The notes under the pieces are model-generated. The model was not told the origin of the DNA. It worked only from the letters and a program-made list of their open reading frames with translations, and did not search any database. Position numbers and translations under genes: made by a program. DNA of 63,894 nt, the filler included, from Trichomonas gallinae (lineage: Eukaryota): assembly GCA_008369845.1 (NCBI GenBank). It is 4 parts of 4 records of this genome, joined end to end, with 100 filler letters (N's around TTAATTAATTAA, not from the genome) between each part and the next. Parts side by side here need not be neighbours in the genome. Positions count along the whole stretch, not along the records: positions 15,547 to 34,909 come from MRSU01000185.1; 3 more parts are not named here. The stretch is one strand, 5' to 3'. Of the stretch, positions 20,093-31,137 are shown piece by piece. The first letter of the stretch is position 1. Every line of letters begins with the position of its first letter.

Positions 20093-20893
20093 ATGTCAAA
20101 TCAACTTACCATTGATGTTACTTTATTAGGAACAGGCACAAGCGCTGGAATTCCATTTCTAAACTGCGACTGCGAGACTTGCACGTCACAAGATCCGCAC
20201 GATCGTAAGTATAGATGCTGCGCGGTTTTGAAAATCTCAAATGGTCATAATTTGCTGATAGATTGTGGCACAGATATTAGAAAGTGTCTTATTAGAGAAA
20301 ATATTACTCACATTGAGGGTATTTTAATCTCTCATTGTCACGCGGATCACGTTCATGGTCTTCCTGATCTTGTAAAATTCTACAAAGGAACACCGATTCC
20401 AATTTTCTGTAACGACATTTGCGCTAGACAGCTTATTGAAAAATTTGAATCATTGGTCAAGGGAGAGAACAAGAAATTCGATATCACAGTACCAGTAGAG
20501 CCATTTAGTATATGCGATGTAACATTTACACCCATTCCTATTGATCATGGAAAACTGAAAATCTATGGATATAGATTTGGAAATGCAACATACATAACAG
20601 ACTGCAGCCACGTACCAAATGATTCATATGATATCATCAAAGGCACTGAAATCCTTGTTCTTAACACCTTGATGGATACGCCTCATACGACACATCTTAG
20701 CCATCCTGAAACACTTGAAGAAATTCGTAAGATTCAACCAAAGATTGTGTACTTGATCCATGTTAGTCACAAGCATAATCACAATTGGATTCAAAATTAC
20801 TTTGATGAAAACAAACTTAACTATCCTGAAACAAAGGATATTCAAATCACTATAGGATATGATGGCCTTAAACTTGAAAAAGTCAGTGTTTAA
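20093..20893 (+). CDS. PhnP-like metallo-beta-lactamase-fold hydrolase (phosphodiesterase)
   Basis: LLGTGTS.G.P...C.C..C, LIDCG, SHCHADHVHG, DHG, YITD, THLS and IHVSH motifs. ATG at 20093. Confidence 0.9.
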   Translation: MSNQLTIDVTLLGTGTSAGIPFLNCDCETCTSQDPHDRKYRCCAVLKISNGHNLLIDCGTDIRKCLIRENITHIEGILISHCHADHVHGLPDLVKFYKGTPIPIFCNDICARQLIEKFESLVKGENKKFDITVPVEPFSICDVTFTPIPIDHGKLKIYGYRFGNATYITDCSHVPNDSYDIIKGTEILVLNTLMDTPHTTHLSHPETLEEIRKIQPKIVYLIHVSHKHNHNWIQNYFDENKLNYPETKDIQITIGYDGLKLEKVSV

Positions 20894-21088
20894 TAATTTT
20901 AATTTTTTTTTATTTGTTTGTAAATTCCTAAACTATGATTATATTTTGATCGATATTCTCAAATATATCAATATATTATACTCATCAAAAGATGATAACA
21001 AATATGAATTACATGACAAAATTTTTTAGAATTGAATGATGTAAAATAGTTTTATTTGTGGATTAATAATATAATTTGATTTCGTGAG

Positions 21089-21160
21089 TCCGACATCGTT
21101 CATCGGTTAGGATAAGCGGTTCTCATCCGCTGGAGCGGGGTTCGACTCCCCGTGTCGGAA
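21089..21160 (+). tRNA. tRNA-Glu (CTC)
   Basis: Acceptor TCCGACA/TGTCGGA, anticodon arm AGCGG-TTCTCAT-CCGCT, T arm CGGGG-TTCGACT-CCCCG, followed by T-tracts. Confidence 0.95.
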
Positions 21161-21207
21161 AACTCTTTTTTCTTTTTTTCAAAAATTTTATTACAGCGTC
21201 AAATTTA

Positions 21208-22176
21208 ATGAAGACGAAAAACATAGAACCATCATTAATGGTTTCCGGAGATAACTCATACGGACAACTCTGGTGCAAGAAAGAGACACAGGTTACAGCG
21301 AAATTCATTAAATCTAACTTATTTCCATATGAATCAAAAATTTCTCGCATAACACAGATATCGGCATGGAATCAATCAATTGCATTTGTTTTCGATGACT
21401 TCAAGATTATATTTAGGCCAGAAAATGGCGCAATTCAAGAATTTTCAACAGGAATTTTACGCCAAATCTGCTGCCTTGAGAATAACGTTCTTGCTCTTCA
21501 GTTTGATGGTAAAGTTTACAGCTGTTTTGATAAAAAATACTACAATTCTAGCGGATACACTCGAATTGCTGCATCAAATAATTTTGTTGTCGGCTTAAAT
21601 AACTCAGGCAAAGTTTATCTCCTCGGATCTGTTGATTCTGCTGAGAAAGAAATCGGCTCCGATGCCAAAGCAATCTGTTGCACTGCAGATAACATTTTTA
21701 TGATTAAATCTAACTGCATAACTGTTTGGTCTAGCGAATCATCCAACGACATCGAAACATCTACAACTATTATTGCTGGTTATGGATCAGAAACAGAAGC
21801 ATTATTTATAGATACAGAAGGAAATCTCTGGCATTACGACAGCGATGCTTTACTTCAAGTATTTGGTCTTCCTCCAATAGTTTATGCATCTGTAGGTGTT
21901 CAACACTACGCTGCTATATCATATGATGGATCATTATATACATGGGGCTTCAATCCATCTGCTCAGCTTGGAATTGGAAGTGATAAGCCTTCTAATGATC
22001 CTTTCCATGTTCTTGATAATGCTAGATTAGTCGCATGTGGAACACATCATACTTTAGCTATTTGCGGCGCTTTACCAGAAGTTCCACAGGGCTTTAATAC
22101 AAACGTAATGTTGAAAACCGCAAAACTCTATCCAAACCAAAAGTCTGTTGTGTCTCGCGCTGAACTTTTATATTAA
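21208..22176 (+). CDS. RCC1-repeat protein
   Basis: SGDNSYGQL, VGVQHYAAISYDGSLYTWGFNPSAQLG and VACGTHHTL. Confidence 0.88.
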   Translation: MKTKNIEPSLMVSGDNSYGQLWCKKETQVTAKFIKSNLFPYESKISRITQISAWNQSIAFVFDDFKIIFRPENGAIQEFSTGILRQICCLENNVLALQFDGKVYSCFDKKYYNSSGYTRIAASNNFVVGLNNSGKVYLLGSVDSAEKEIGSDAKAICCTADNIFMIKSNCITVWSSESSNDIETSTTIIAGYGSETEALFIDTEGNLWHYDSDALLQVFGLPPIVYASVGVQHYAAISYDGSLYTWGFNPSAQLGIGSDKPSNDPFHVLDNARLVACGTHHTLAICGALPEVPQGFNTNVMLKTAKLYPNQKSVVSRAELLY

Positions 22177-22414
22177 AAATTATTTTTTATGAATCTTTGC
22201 TTGAAAACAATCTATTTTGCTTGCAAATCAGCAAAATTTCACATCATCACATATAAAAACTAATCATATCAAGTAATTAGTAAAAATTTATTTTTCATGT
22301 ATTAATATACAGCTGTATCATCAATATGATCAAAAAAATGTTATATGCAATATTAGGATGCATGCATTTATATTCACTTTTCCTAATGTGTTTATAAAAT
22401 GTTAACTTGTTTAA

Positions 22415-22672
22415 GGGTCCGTTACGCCACCAAATAGCGGTCTCAATTTTTCAATGCGATATTGAAAATTATCGTTTTGCCCAGAAAAATAAACTCACTT
22501 TTTGAAGAGATCTAATGCGCTAACAACATGCGCCGCTTTGTAGATGGTGCTGGCATCATCTAAAAAATAATTCTCTCGCTTAATTTTTTTAATTAATCGG
22601 CTCTTATACTCACTTTTGGAGAGGCATCATCTAAAAATAGACGATAGACCGCTATTTGGCCAGAGCGGACCC
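22415..22672. mobile_element. Non-autonomous DNA transposon (MITE), Kolobok-like
   Basis: TTAA on both sides (22411-14, 22673-76). Imperfect TIRs GGGTCCG...CCAAATAGCGGTCT and AGACCGCTATTTGG...CGGACCC. No ORF. Confidence 0.85.
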
Positions 22673-23543
22673 TTAATATATCTTTTTTTTTTTTTTTTTT
22701 TTTTAATTTTAATTTTAGTTAACTCTAAAGAATCACGATAATAGTTGTATCTAACACATCAAAGACATAATTACATCAAATGGTGTACATCTGTCTCAGC
22801 ATATATTTCTTTAACACCGGAATGCTTGTAATTATACTCAAAAATAAATACAATGAACATTAGAGAGAGTTCTATATGAAAATGATCATATATCCTAATA
22901 CATGAGAGATGTTTTTGCGAACAATGGCGAGAAATAGGCATCAAGCTTAAGAAGTACATATTTTACAACAATATAATATCATAGGTAGCGTAGAACACAT
23001 ATGTGATCGTTATAAATAATGAATACATTTATTTAATTGAAATTTTAGTATCTATTTCACTTAAATTTGATGAATATAACCTCTTGTTTCTAAACAAGTC
23101 ATGTATAGTAAATTTACATGGCATATCAATGATCAAATCTGACAATAAATACTGTTTTTGACGTGTAAAGATAGTTTTACGTGTCAAATTTATGATAAGC
23201 CAAGCTCAGAATGTCATCACGAGAAAAAGTGCTCGAGACAAATAAACCTTTCAAATATTGAATGGTTTACACTCAAATCGCCTCGAGACGCATAGAAATT
23301 CCAACATCGAATATTTATATATAAAATGGCACCGTGTCCTGATTAAATAGCAATTTTAAAGATAGTATATGATGATTCACATATTAATGCTTAGATTTTA
23401 AATTTTTTTTTTCAACAAAATCGAAATTGGTGAACAATTTTTATGTCATTTTGCTGGAAAATGTGTCAATTAGTGATATTTATATTTAAAATTAACATAA
23501 AAAAATTCCGAAATTTCACGCAAAAAAAAAAAAACTAAAAAAA

Positions 23544-24059
23544 ATGATTTGTTTTCTTTTCTCTTTATCTCGATCGTACAGAATCTGCCCGGAAAAGATT
23601 CCCAGCAAAGACGACCTTTACTTCGACAAGAATATCAAGGCCGAGCACTGGACATATTTCACGATTAAATTGAATGAATCTCAAATCGGAGTCAGAGTTA
23701 ATCTATCGACAACAGGCAATGCATCATTTTACGTTGGAACAAATGGACATTGTCCTTATAAAGAAGAAAAGCCATTTTTCAGAGGTGGAAACGTGAAAAA
23801 TAAAATGTTTACAATTTGGAAGTATTCTACATTATCTTTTCCAATTGGAATTTACGCAGATGAAGAAACAAGTGTTACAATGTCATTCTCTCCAATCAAA
23901 TTCGAGATTCCTGATTTACGAAAATATGTTTGGAAGGCATTCGCTGCTGTTGCAATTGTATTCACTGTTTGCGGCTATTTGTACGATCATATACCATTTT
24001 CAAGCCTCAAATTCTGGAAGAGGACAGATAAGAGAAGGAGGCGCAACAAGAAATATTAA
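23544..24059 (+). CDS. Small single-pass membrane protein
   Basis: Short N-terminal hydrophobic signal, TM segment AFAAVAIVFTVCGYLY and a basic tail. Confidence 0.75.
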   Translation: MICFLFSLSRSYRICPEKIPSKDDLYFDKNIKAEHWTYFTIKLNESQIGVRVNLSTTGNASFYVGTNGHCPYKEEKPFFRGGNVKNKMFTIWKYSTLSFPIGIYADEETSVTMSFSPIKFEIPDLRKYVWKAFAAVAIVFTVCGYLYDHIPFSSLKFWKRTDKRRRRNKKY

Positions 24060-24372
24060 GATATTGCTCTTGAACAATAATAGAAATCACACTACAAATG
24101 TTAAATAAAATGTATAAGTTTTAAATCGATTTTGCCACTATTTTTAAATAATTTATTCTATTTTGGTTCAACAACATTGAATATGTTGTCACATGAAAGT
24201 ATTAGAGCTAAATAATTTCTTATTTCATAAATTTATTAATATCAATACTATTTTCGATATTTTTGAATATTTACGCTTAAATTGAAATTTTTATTTGATT
24301 AACGATATATATAGCACAGAACATTTTCATTTGTATATAGTGTTGGGCCAGATATCAAAGTTTTATCGAAAA

Positions 24373-24917
24373 TGATATTTCCCTGATAAGAGTATAGATT
24401 ATTTAAGAATAGGAAGGAAAAGTAGTTATTCTAATAAGTAGAAAAGTTTGAAACTGAATAATTTTAATAAAAAAAATATTTGATATTTCGCTAAGAATAG
24501 TAAAGATTATATAAGAATAGGAGTAAATATGATTATTCCTCAATGCCTAAAAGCTTGACAGCGATTAATTTAAAAAATATATATATTTGATTTTTTGCTA
24601 TAAATAAAAAAGATTATAAAAGAATAGGATGATTAAAGACCATTTTAATAAATGTAAGAGCCAGATATTAGGAAAATATAAAAAAAGAAATATTATCGAT
24701 ATTTTGCTGAGAGTTGTCAAGATTATATAATAATAGGAGGAAATATTACTATTTTTTAATGTATAAAGGCTTGACAACAAAATTATATAAAAAATATGAA
24801 ATATTTGGTATTTCGCTAAAAATAGTAAAAATTATATAAGAGTAGGAGGAAAGAAAGCTATTCTAATAAGTAAAAAAGCTTGATAACCAATAAATAAAGA
24901 AAAAAATGTAAAAAAAT
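24373..24917. repeat. Degenerate ~108-bp tandem repeat, 5 units
   Basis: Units start at ~24373, 24481, 24588, 24697 and 24806 and share TGATATTTYGCT..AGATTATATAAGAATAGGA..AAGCTTGA. Confidence 0.75.
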
Positions 24918-24950
24918 TGACACTTTTTTTGCTCGTTTTAGAAAAAAATC

Positions 24951-25982
24951 ATGAAAAAACTTCCAACATCGAAATTCGAGCAACAAGACTTCATTGGAAC
25001 AATGAATCCTGAAGCTCTCAAGCTTCCAGCACTAAATAATAAAAAAAAGCCGCATCCTTACGAAAGATTTGCGGAGTTAGCATTAAAAATCGACAATATC
25101 GTTAATGAAATCGACGAAGAACAAGAGAAAATCAATGATATACTTAATGCAGAAAAACCTACACCATTTTGCACGTTCAAAAAGTGGTTAAACGACTTTC
25201 AAGATCGAATCAAAGAAAGAGACACAGAATTAAATATTTTCTCCAAGCATTTAACTTCTTTCCGCGAAAAAGTTGATCCTACATTCGTAGAAGTTGATTG
25301 TGCCAATGAAAAAACGCCATCATATGACACTGTTTCTTATTCTCTTTTAGTTTCGAACGAACAACGCAATTTCTTCTCAAAGAACGACATAGTCCACCAA
25401 AATAACGAGCTTAAAATCCTCATACACCAACAGCAAGAAGCCATAATGAATTTACGACAAAGACTGAAAATTTTCGAAGATTTCCACAAGAACAACGCGA
25501 TTAAATTCACTATAGCATCACTAAAACAGGGATCAATGCCTATGGCACTTGCAGGCGCTGCTCCAACACGTGCAAACGAGCTGAGAGCGAAACAAAAAAT
25601 TTTGTCTGCTGAGTTAGTTCAGCTTGTTAAGAAACGCATAGAATTGCTGAAGAAGCACAACGAGGAGAGATACATACTCCGTCACGAGAAGATACTGCAC
25701 GCGAAGGCTTTGATGATTCAGAGAGTGTGGCGCGGCTACTTGGCGAGAAAGCACATCAGGTATCTACACAAGTGCGCAGTCATGATTCAGAAGCACGTCA
25801 GAGGCTGGCTCGTCAGATATCAGCAGAAGATTGCTATGGAAGACCTCATCATGGAGCAAGCAAAGATAACAACACACGCTACAGAAATGCCATCCCCGAG
25901 ATCCACAGGAAATCCTCCTGAAGCAGAACATGAAAATAATGATAATGATAATAATTCAGTCAAGAGTGGAGAAGCTGCATAA
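24951..25982 (+). CDS. Coiled-coil protein with two IQ calmodulin-binding motifs
   Basis: ALMIQRVWRGYLAR and AVMIQKHVRGWLVR. Confidence 0.88.
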   Translation: MKKLPTSKFEQQDFIGTMNPEALKLPALNNKKKPHPYERFAELALKIDNIVNEIDEEQEKINDILNAEKPTPFCTFKKWLNDFQDRIKERDTELNIFSKHLTSFREKVDPTFVEVDCANEKTPSYDTVSYSLLVSNEQRNFFSKNDIVHQNNELKILIHQQQEAIMNLRQRLKIFEDFHKNNAIKFTIASLKQGSMPMALAGAAPTRANELRAKQKILSAELVQLVKKRIELLKKHNEERYILRHEKILHAKALMIQRVWRGYLARKHIRYLHKCAVMIQKHVRGWLVRYQQKIAMEDLIMEQAKITTHATEMPSPRSTGNPPEAEHENNDNDNNSVKSGEAA

Positions 25983-26499
25983 ATTTCTGGATATTTCTGT
26001 TGAATCTAATAGATAGATTCAAATCGCACAGCTTATAACTTTATGCCACAGATATATATAAGAGAAAAACGATTGTTAGTTAGATGATATTAACAAACAG
26101 AAATAATATAATGAATGCGGTAAATCTGCATATATAGTTACAGCCCATCTATAAGAGAGAACATTTTTATTATTTGTTAGTTATTTGATATATTGTTTAA
26201 AAATGAATTTAGCATATTTTTTAATCCAAGCTTTTCAAAATAATAGCTCTGCATGGCTTGGCTACCCCTGCTATAATATGATATAAGATATAAATCATTA
26301 ATTAACTGACTTTATTCATGGAACTCAGACTTCATTAAGATTGAATCATGAAGCATTCATTAAGGCAGTAAGACTGATTTTTGTTATTAATATTATAAAA
26401 TTAGATAATATTGTGATTTTAACGATTTCATCTATTTCTGTTGCATGATATATATATTGAATAGGATAATTCTATAAAACACACAAAAAAGAAAATAAA

Positions 26500-27816
26500 T
26501 TACTGAACAATTTCCTTCACAGAGCCAAATAATTCGATGTTGCAAAGCCCTAAATAGTTATTTCCATCTGTATTAACATCGACTTGCCTCAGTCTTATGT
26601 ATCTGTAGTAGCGGGGCTTCAGGCACTTGAAAGTTCCGATTGCGAAAGGATTATTGAGAATCTCGCTGTTCCTCTGTTCATCGATTGTTGACCAACTCGT
26701 CAAATCATTTGATCCTTCAAGGTTCCAATTCTTCAGGTGGCTGGACCCATTTCCGTCTGACTTGATAGAATACCATGAAGGTGCAACATTATTGTTTATG
26801 AAGTCAATCATCACCCAAGAATCCGGCTGATTACGAGTGTAAAACCATCCGTTCCATTTGTAGTCGAGAATCATCCACGGCTGGCTTCTCTCCTTCGAGC
26901 TGCTTGTGACCTCAACTAGATTCGCGCTGTGTGGATTCTGTCCGACCTCTTTATTCATGCTGCTCAAAATTCCTTCAAAAGGATTTCCTGTGAACTCGAA
27001 AGTTTTGATTTTTTCGTCGGCTTCGTTGTTTTTGCTGTTTGTCGTCGAAAAGTATCTATCTGCAGCCAGTGTCGTTGGAACAACATCGTGCCTGAGGCGC
27101 TCGCAGATGGCAGACCATACAGGGCCCGTGATATTGCTTGGATTGACGAGTTTCAGGAATCTTGTGATGCCCGAAGTCGAAACATATTCAAACGAAACAT
27201 TTCTAAATAAAATTGTTGAGTTTGGATTTGGATTCTGCTGGCAGATATCGAAAATTAGCTCTACAAGCCAGTCTTCGTTTTCTATGAGTAAATCTGGGCA
27301 AGAAAGAATTTGATCAAGAATATCAATATCAAGTAATGATAATTCCGTTCTTGAAACAAATGAAATGTTTTTAGCAACATAACTGATTTCATCTGTGATG
27401 TTTTGACCAAATTCTATCTTCGATTTTATGATATTTATGATATTTTTAGTAGATAATGAAGAATTTGCCAGTAAAACTTGATCAGCGAAGCTAATAAGCT
27501 CTGGATTTTGTAAAGCTACTCCTATTTCTTTTACATGCGGTGCAAATTGTTTGGAAATTTCGAATTTTTGTCCAGAAAGAAGTTTATTGATGAATGTGTT
27601 AATCATTTGTGAGTTTTTACATGTATTTTCGATGGTTAAACTTGTGAAAAGTGGGTCTTGCTTAATCATTTTAGCAACCAATGGAGAAATAAAAACAGCA
27701 ACATGCTTTCCACACTCAAAATCCACGCCACTGACTTTGAATGTGAAAATGTCTTCCTCTCTAACAGGCAAAGAGGCGACGTTTGCGAGGCCTGATGAAG
27801 ATAAAGAGAAGGTCAT
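26500..27816 (-). CDS. BTB/BACK-like plus F5/8 type C (discoidin) domain protein
   Basis: AVFISPLV, LLIENEDWL and NVSFEYVS, then C-terminal HLKNWNLEGSND...YRYIRLRQ...IELFG. ATG at 27816. Confidence 0.88.
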   Translation of the reverse strand: MTFSLSSSGLANVASLPVREEDIFTFKVSGVDFECGKHVAVFISPLVAKMIKQDPLFTSLTIENTCKNSQMINTFINKLLSGQKFEISKQFAPHVKEIGVALQNPELISFADQVLLANSSLSTKNIINIIKSKIEFGQNITDEISYVAKNISFVSRTELSLLDIDILDQILSCPDLLIENEDWLVELIFDICQQNPNPNSTILFRNVSFEYVSTSGITRFLKLVNPSNITGPVWSAICERLRHDVVPTTLAADRYFSTTNSKNNEADEKIKTFEFTGNPFEGILSSMNKEVGQNPHSANLVEVTSSSKERSQPWMILDYKWNGWFYTRNQPDSWVMIDFINNNVAPSWYSIKSDGNGSSHLKNWNLEGSNDLTSWSTIDEQRNSEILNNPFAIGTFKCLKPRYYRYIRLRQVDVNTDGNNYLGLCNIELFGSVKEIVQ

Positions 27817-28442
27817 AATTTTATTAGAAATTAAGACCAAATTTACTCTGAATTTTCCTGCAACACAACAGTGATAGCAGAAACATCTTTTTTATGATGA
27901 GATGTAAATTTTATATTATGAAGGGCGTTGAAAAATTATACAGGGGTAATCAATATACTAGTCGCGAATTTATAGATAAGGGTACACCAATAATATACAC
28001 ATGATTATTTTCACTTTTTACCATTGAATCATCATTGGAAAAGATATATTTAGTTATTGGAATTTTGATCACATGATATAACCATGTTTGATTCGCGACA
28101 TGAAGAGAATGAATATTTTATAAAGCATAAGAATCAATACTGCGCGATTTTTATGAAATTTAACGATGTTTGTATCATCCTTTTGTTGTTTTTTCTAACT
28201 TTACTTTTTTTACAAATTCGTGATGCTAAATATTCTACATTTCAAAATATTGGATCACTAATAGTCATGCTAGAACATCAGCCATGCGAATAGTAATGTT
28301 GATGAATGATATTTAGGCTGTAATGAGAGAATTTTGCAATCCATATTACCTTTTTTTCCACATTGTTTTGTTGTACAACAAATCATGCAAAAGCTTGAAG
28401 AACAGTATGATATTTTTCAAGAATGAATTTTTGTATATCATA

Positions 28443-29720
28443 TTATTCATCTTCGAATAAGCTTAGTAATGCTGAATCAGCGACTGCGGCTTGGAATTTG
28501 AGCTCGTTTTCTCCGTCGTCGAGTATATCCTTCACTGTATCAATCAACTCATCAGTGACAAAAGAAGCTAAAGCGAATTTAGATTCATTTTCTTCGAATT
28601 CGTGACAAATTTTGGAGATGCACTGAAGGACGTGGATTGATATTGCAGGTGTTCCCATGTCTAGCCAGTCCTGGAAATATGTGAAGATTCCTTTGTTCAC
28701 GAAGTAGTCGACAAACTCGAATTCTTTGTGTATCAAAACAATGCAGACGAACTGGATGATCTCAGACTTCAAAGCAAAGTTATATACATCTAGGTTACTC
28801 ATCAACTGATCCATGTACTCCATGTTGATCAAAAACAACGATACTTCGAAAGAATGCTGAATTAATGATGTCAATAACTTAACGAAAATTGTTTTAAAGA
28901 AATCCGAGTGTTCTTCAAGAATGCATGGCATAATTTGGGCTGCTAGGCATTTAATTATGCCGCTCCTTCTTTCTGGCTCTATTCTACCCATAAATCTCTC
29001 AATCCATTGGAAAGAAAAATCACATCTATATAATATCAAAGCTAAAGTGAGTATTATGTTTTCTGAAATAATACTGGATTCATCAGAGTAATTGAAATCT
29101 ATCTTTGATATTATATCGGCAAGCAGAGTTGGGTCAAAGAATTTCGATGAAAATAAATTGAAGAAATGAATATAATACTCATGAATGTCATGGCCATAAA
29201 TATCAAGCAAATTAAGAAATAGATCAATTTTGGCATCATTCATGAAAGCAATTCCAAAATCTGTATTATAGTCGAATAAGTTCGATAATATGCAAAGAGA
29301 CTGATAGCATACGTTATAGTCACCAGATCCAAGAAGATTTTGAAGTAAAATTAAAATATTTTCTTTTGATAAAAATATTTCTTCAAATAGATTTTCCTGT
29401 TGTGTAAGAGTTCTTGCTATTGAAACTGACATTGTAACGATATTATTATCTGAATATTGCATAAAAAATAATAATTGTTTGATAATTTCTTCTTTAACTT
29501 CATCTTCTGTATGAGAGACAACAAATTTCGTAGATGTCATGCTTTTAATTCTCTCTAATTGTGATATAAGTTGATTTTCATCAGATGGCTTCTCAAGAAT
29601 CGCGTTGAGTTGTTTTAATTCCGCATTTAATTGGTTTGTATCGTAAATTAGTGGCATTTCAAGCTCTGGGTCATCAATTTTGTTCGCTGCTAAAATCTCA
29701 TCTTTGTATTCATCATCCAT
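28443..29720 (-). CDS. ARM/HEAT-like helical repeat protein
   Basis: 425-aa Leu/Ile/Phe-rich acidic ORF with ARM-like segments (LCILSNL, ELIDTVKDILD). Confidence 0.75.
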   Translation of the reverse strand: MDDEYKDEILAANKIDDPELEMPLIYDTNQLNAELKQLNAILEKPSDENQLISQLERIKSMTSTKFVVSHTEDEVKEEIIKQLLFFMQYSDNNIVTMSVSIARTLTQQENLFEEIFLSKENILILLQNLLGSGDYNVCYQSLCILSNLFDYNTDFGIAFMNDAKIDLFLNLLDIYGHDIHEYYIHFFNLFSSKFFDPTLLADIISKIDFNYSDESSIISENIILTLALILYRCDFSFQWIERFMGRIEPERRSGIIKCLAAQIMPCILEEHSDFFKTIFVKLLTSLIQHSFEVSLFLINMEYMDQLMSNLDVYNFALKSEIIQFVCIVLIHKEFEFVDYFVNKGIFTYFQDWLDMGTPAISIHVLQCISKICHEFEENESKFALASFVTDELIDTVKDILDDGENELKFQAAVADSALLSLFEDE

Positions 29721-30060
29721 CCAATTAAAATAATGAATTTATTCTTTACATAATCAGGATTTAGTATAACATCTCTCCAATATTTCATTTGGAAACTATA
29801 TTTTCGTTCTTTTATTTAGATAAAATTTCAAAAAAATATTTTACGACGAAATTAAGAAAAGAGAAGAATTGAAAGATCATATTGTTTACAGGATGTTAGA
29901 TATAAATTCCTATTTATGATTATTTAGATTTAATAATATCAAATATCTATAGAATACAGCTGTAATGGTTTAATAATAAACAAGTGTGAAGAATATTGAT
30001 GATATAGTAAGTAAATAGATAATATCGTTCAATATAATTGAATAAAAATATTCGAACATA

Positions 30061-30411
30061 TCATATTAGTTTGCTTCCTCCCCATGAAGCGATTGGAGTA
30101 ATTAGACCGCAAATACCGAAGTAAACTGCAAAAGAGATGATAGAATTTTTGAAACTGAGTGTTTTGACGATTCCTGAGATACATACGCATATAAAGCATT
30201 CACCTAAGAAAAGGGCTGAATATAGGAATGATTCTCCAATAGTTTTGCAGCTCATTCCTGCGAAAACGCCAATTGAAATCGCAGCTATAACTCCGAAGAC
30301 ATTATTCCATATCTTTTTCGGCGATTCATCTTCAGTGTCTGTTCCTGGCCTCTTCCATTCTGTTGTTTGGACTAATTCACCATCAAATTTTTCGAGTTCT
30401 TGGTTTTCCAT
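30061..30411 (-). CDS. Small membrane protein (3 predicted TM)
   Basis: Acidic N-terminus followed by three hydrophobic segments. Confidence 0.7.
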   Translation of the reverse strand: MENQELEKFDGELVQTTEWKRPGTDTEDESPKKIWNNVFGVIAAISIGVFAGMSCKTIGESFLYSALFLGECFICVCISGIVKTLSFKNSIISFAVYFGICGLITPIASWGGSKLI

Positions 30412-31137
30412 TATTAATATAAAAGTGACGAAATTCCCGAAATCTTTTTCGATGCAGACCCTGCAAAATACAAAATTGACATTGTAAATAGATTTATGTC
30501 AGATTACAGATTTTTCAACTTAGTAAGGATTAAATATCAGATTTTCATCAGAGAATTCACAACTTTGTAATACTGGCTTTGTTAATGGTATATGGCCTTA
30601 CTAAGAGAAAGTCATATTCCTTAACTTAATTAACAAAATGTCCATCAAAATCGAGTGTTTATTTGATAGTTTGGCAGTTGAAATAACCAATCTGAAAAAT
30701 CGATATTCATTTCTCCAAAAATCTTAGTAAATTAAACAGTATGCTTATGCATATATAATGATTATATGGTATAAGTATTAAGGCGTGAATTTATGTTAGG
30801 AAGATTACAGTAAATGCTTTTGAAATTAGACTCATTCAATGTCAAAATCATCAAATTGACTTTTTGAAATTTTACATGACAAAATTTCCCGAAAAGTAGG
30901 GGTGACCCTTCATTAGAGGAGACCGTTTACTTTAAGACACCATTAAAATTATTTAAGATTTGGTATTAGTAAACCATTATGTATATATTTTCAATCAAAA
31001 TTTTGATTTTTGGTCCATAATTTCGTTTTAAAGCCGACTTTTCGTTTTTTATTTAATATTTATATGTTTTATATACTATAGAATCCAATTATCATGGTTT
31101 TAGAATGAGAAAAAAACTGGACGTTAAAAAAAAATAA

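Noticed and set aside
21123..21350. 75-aa minus ORF ending PTRGVEPRSSG
   Set aside because: It is the antisense translation of the tRNA-Glu and the RCC1 gene start.
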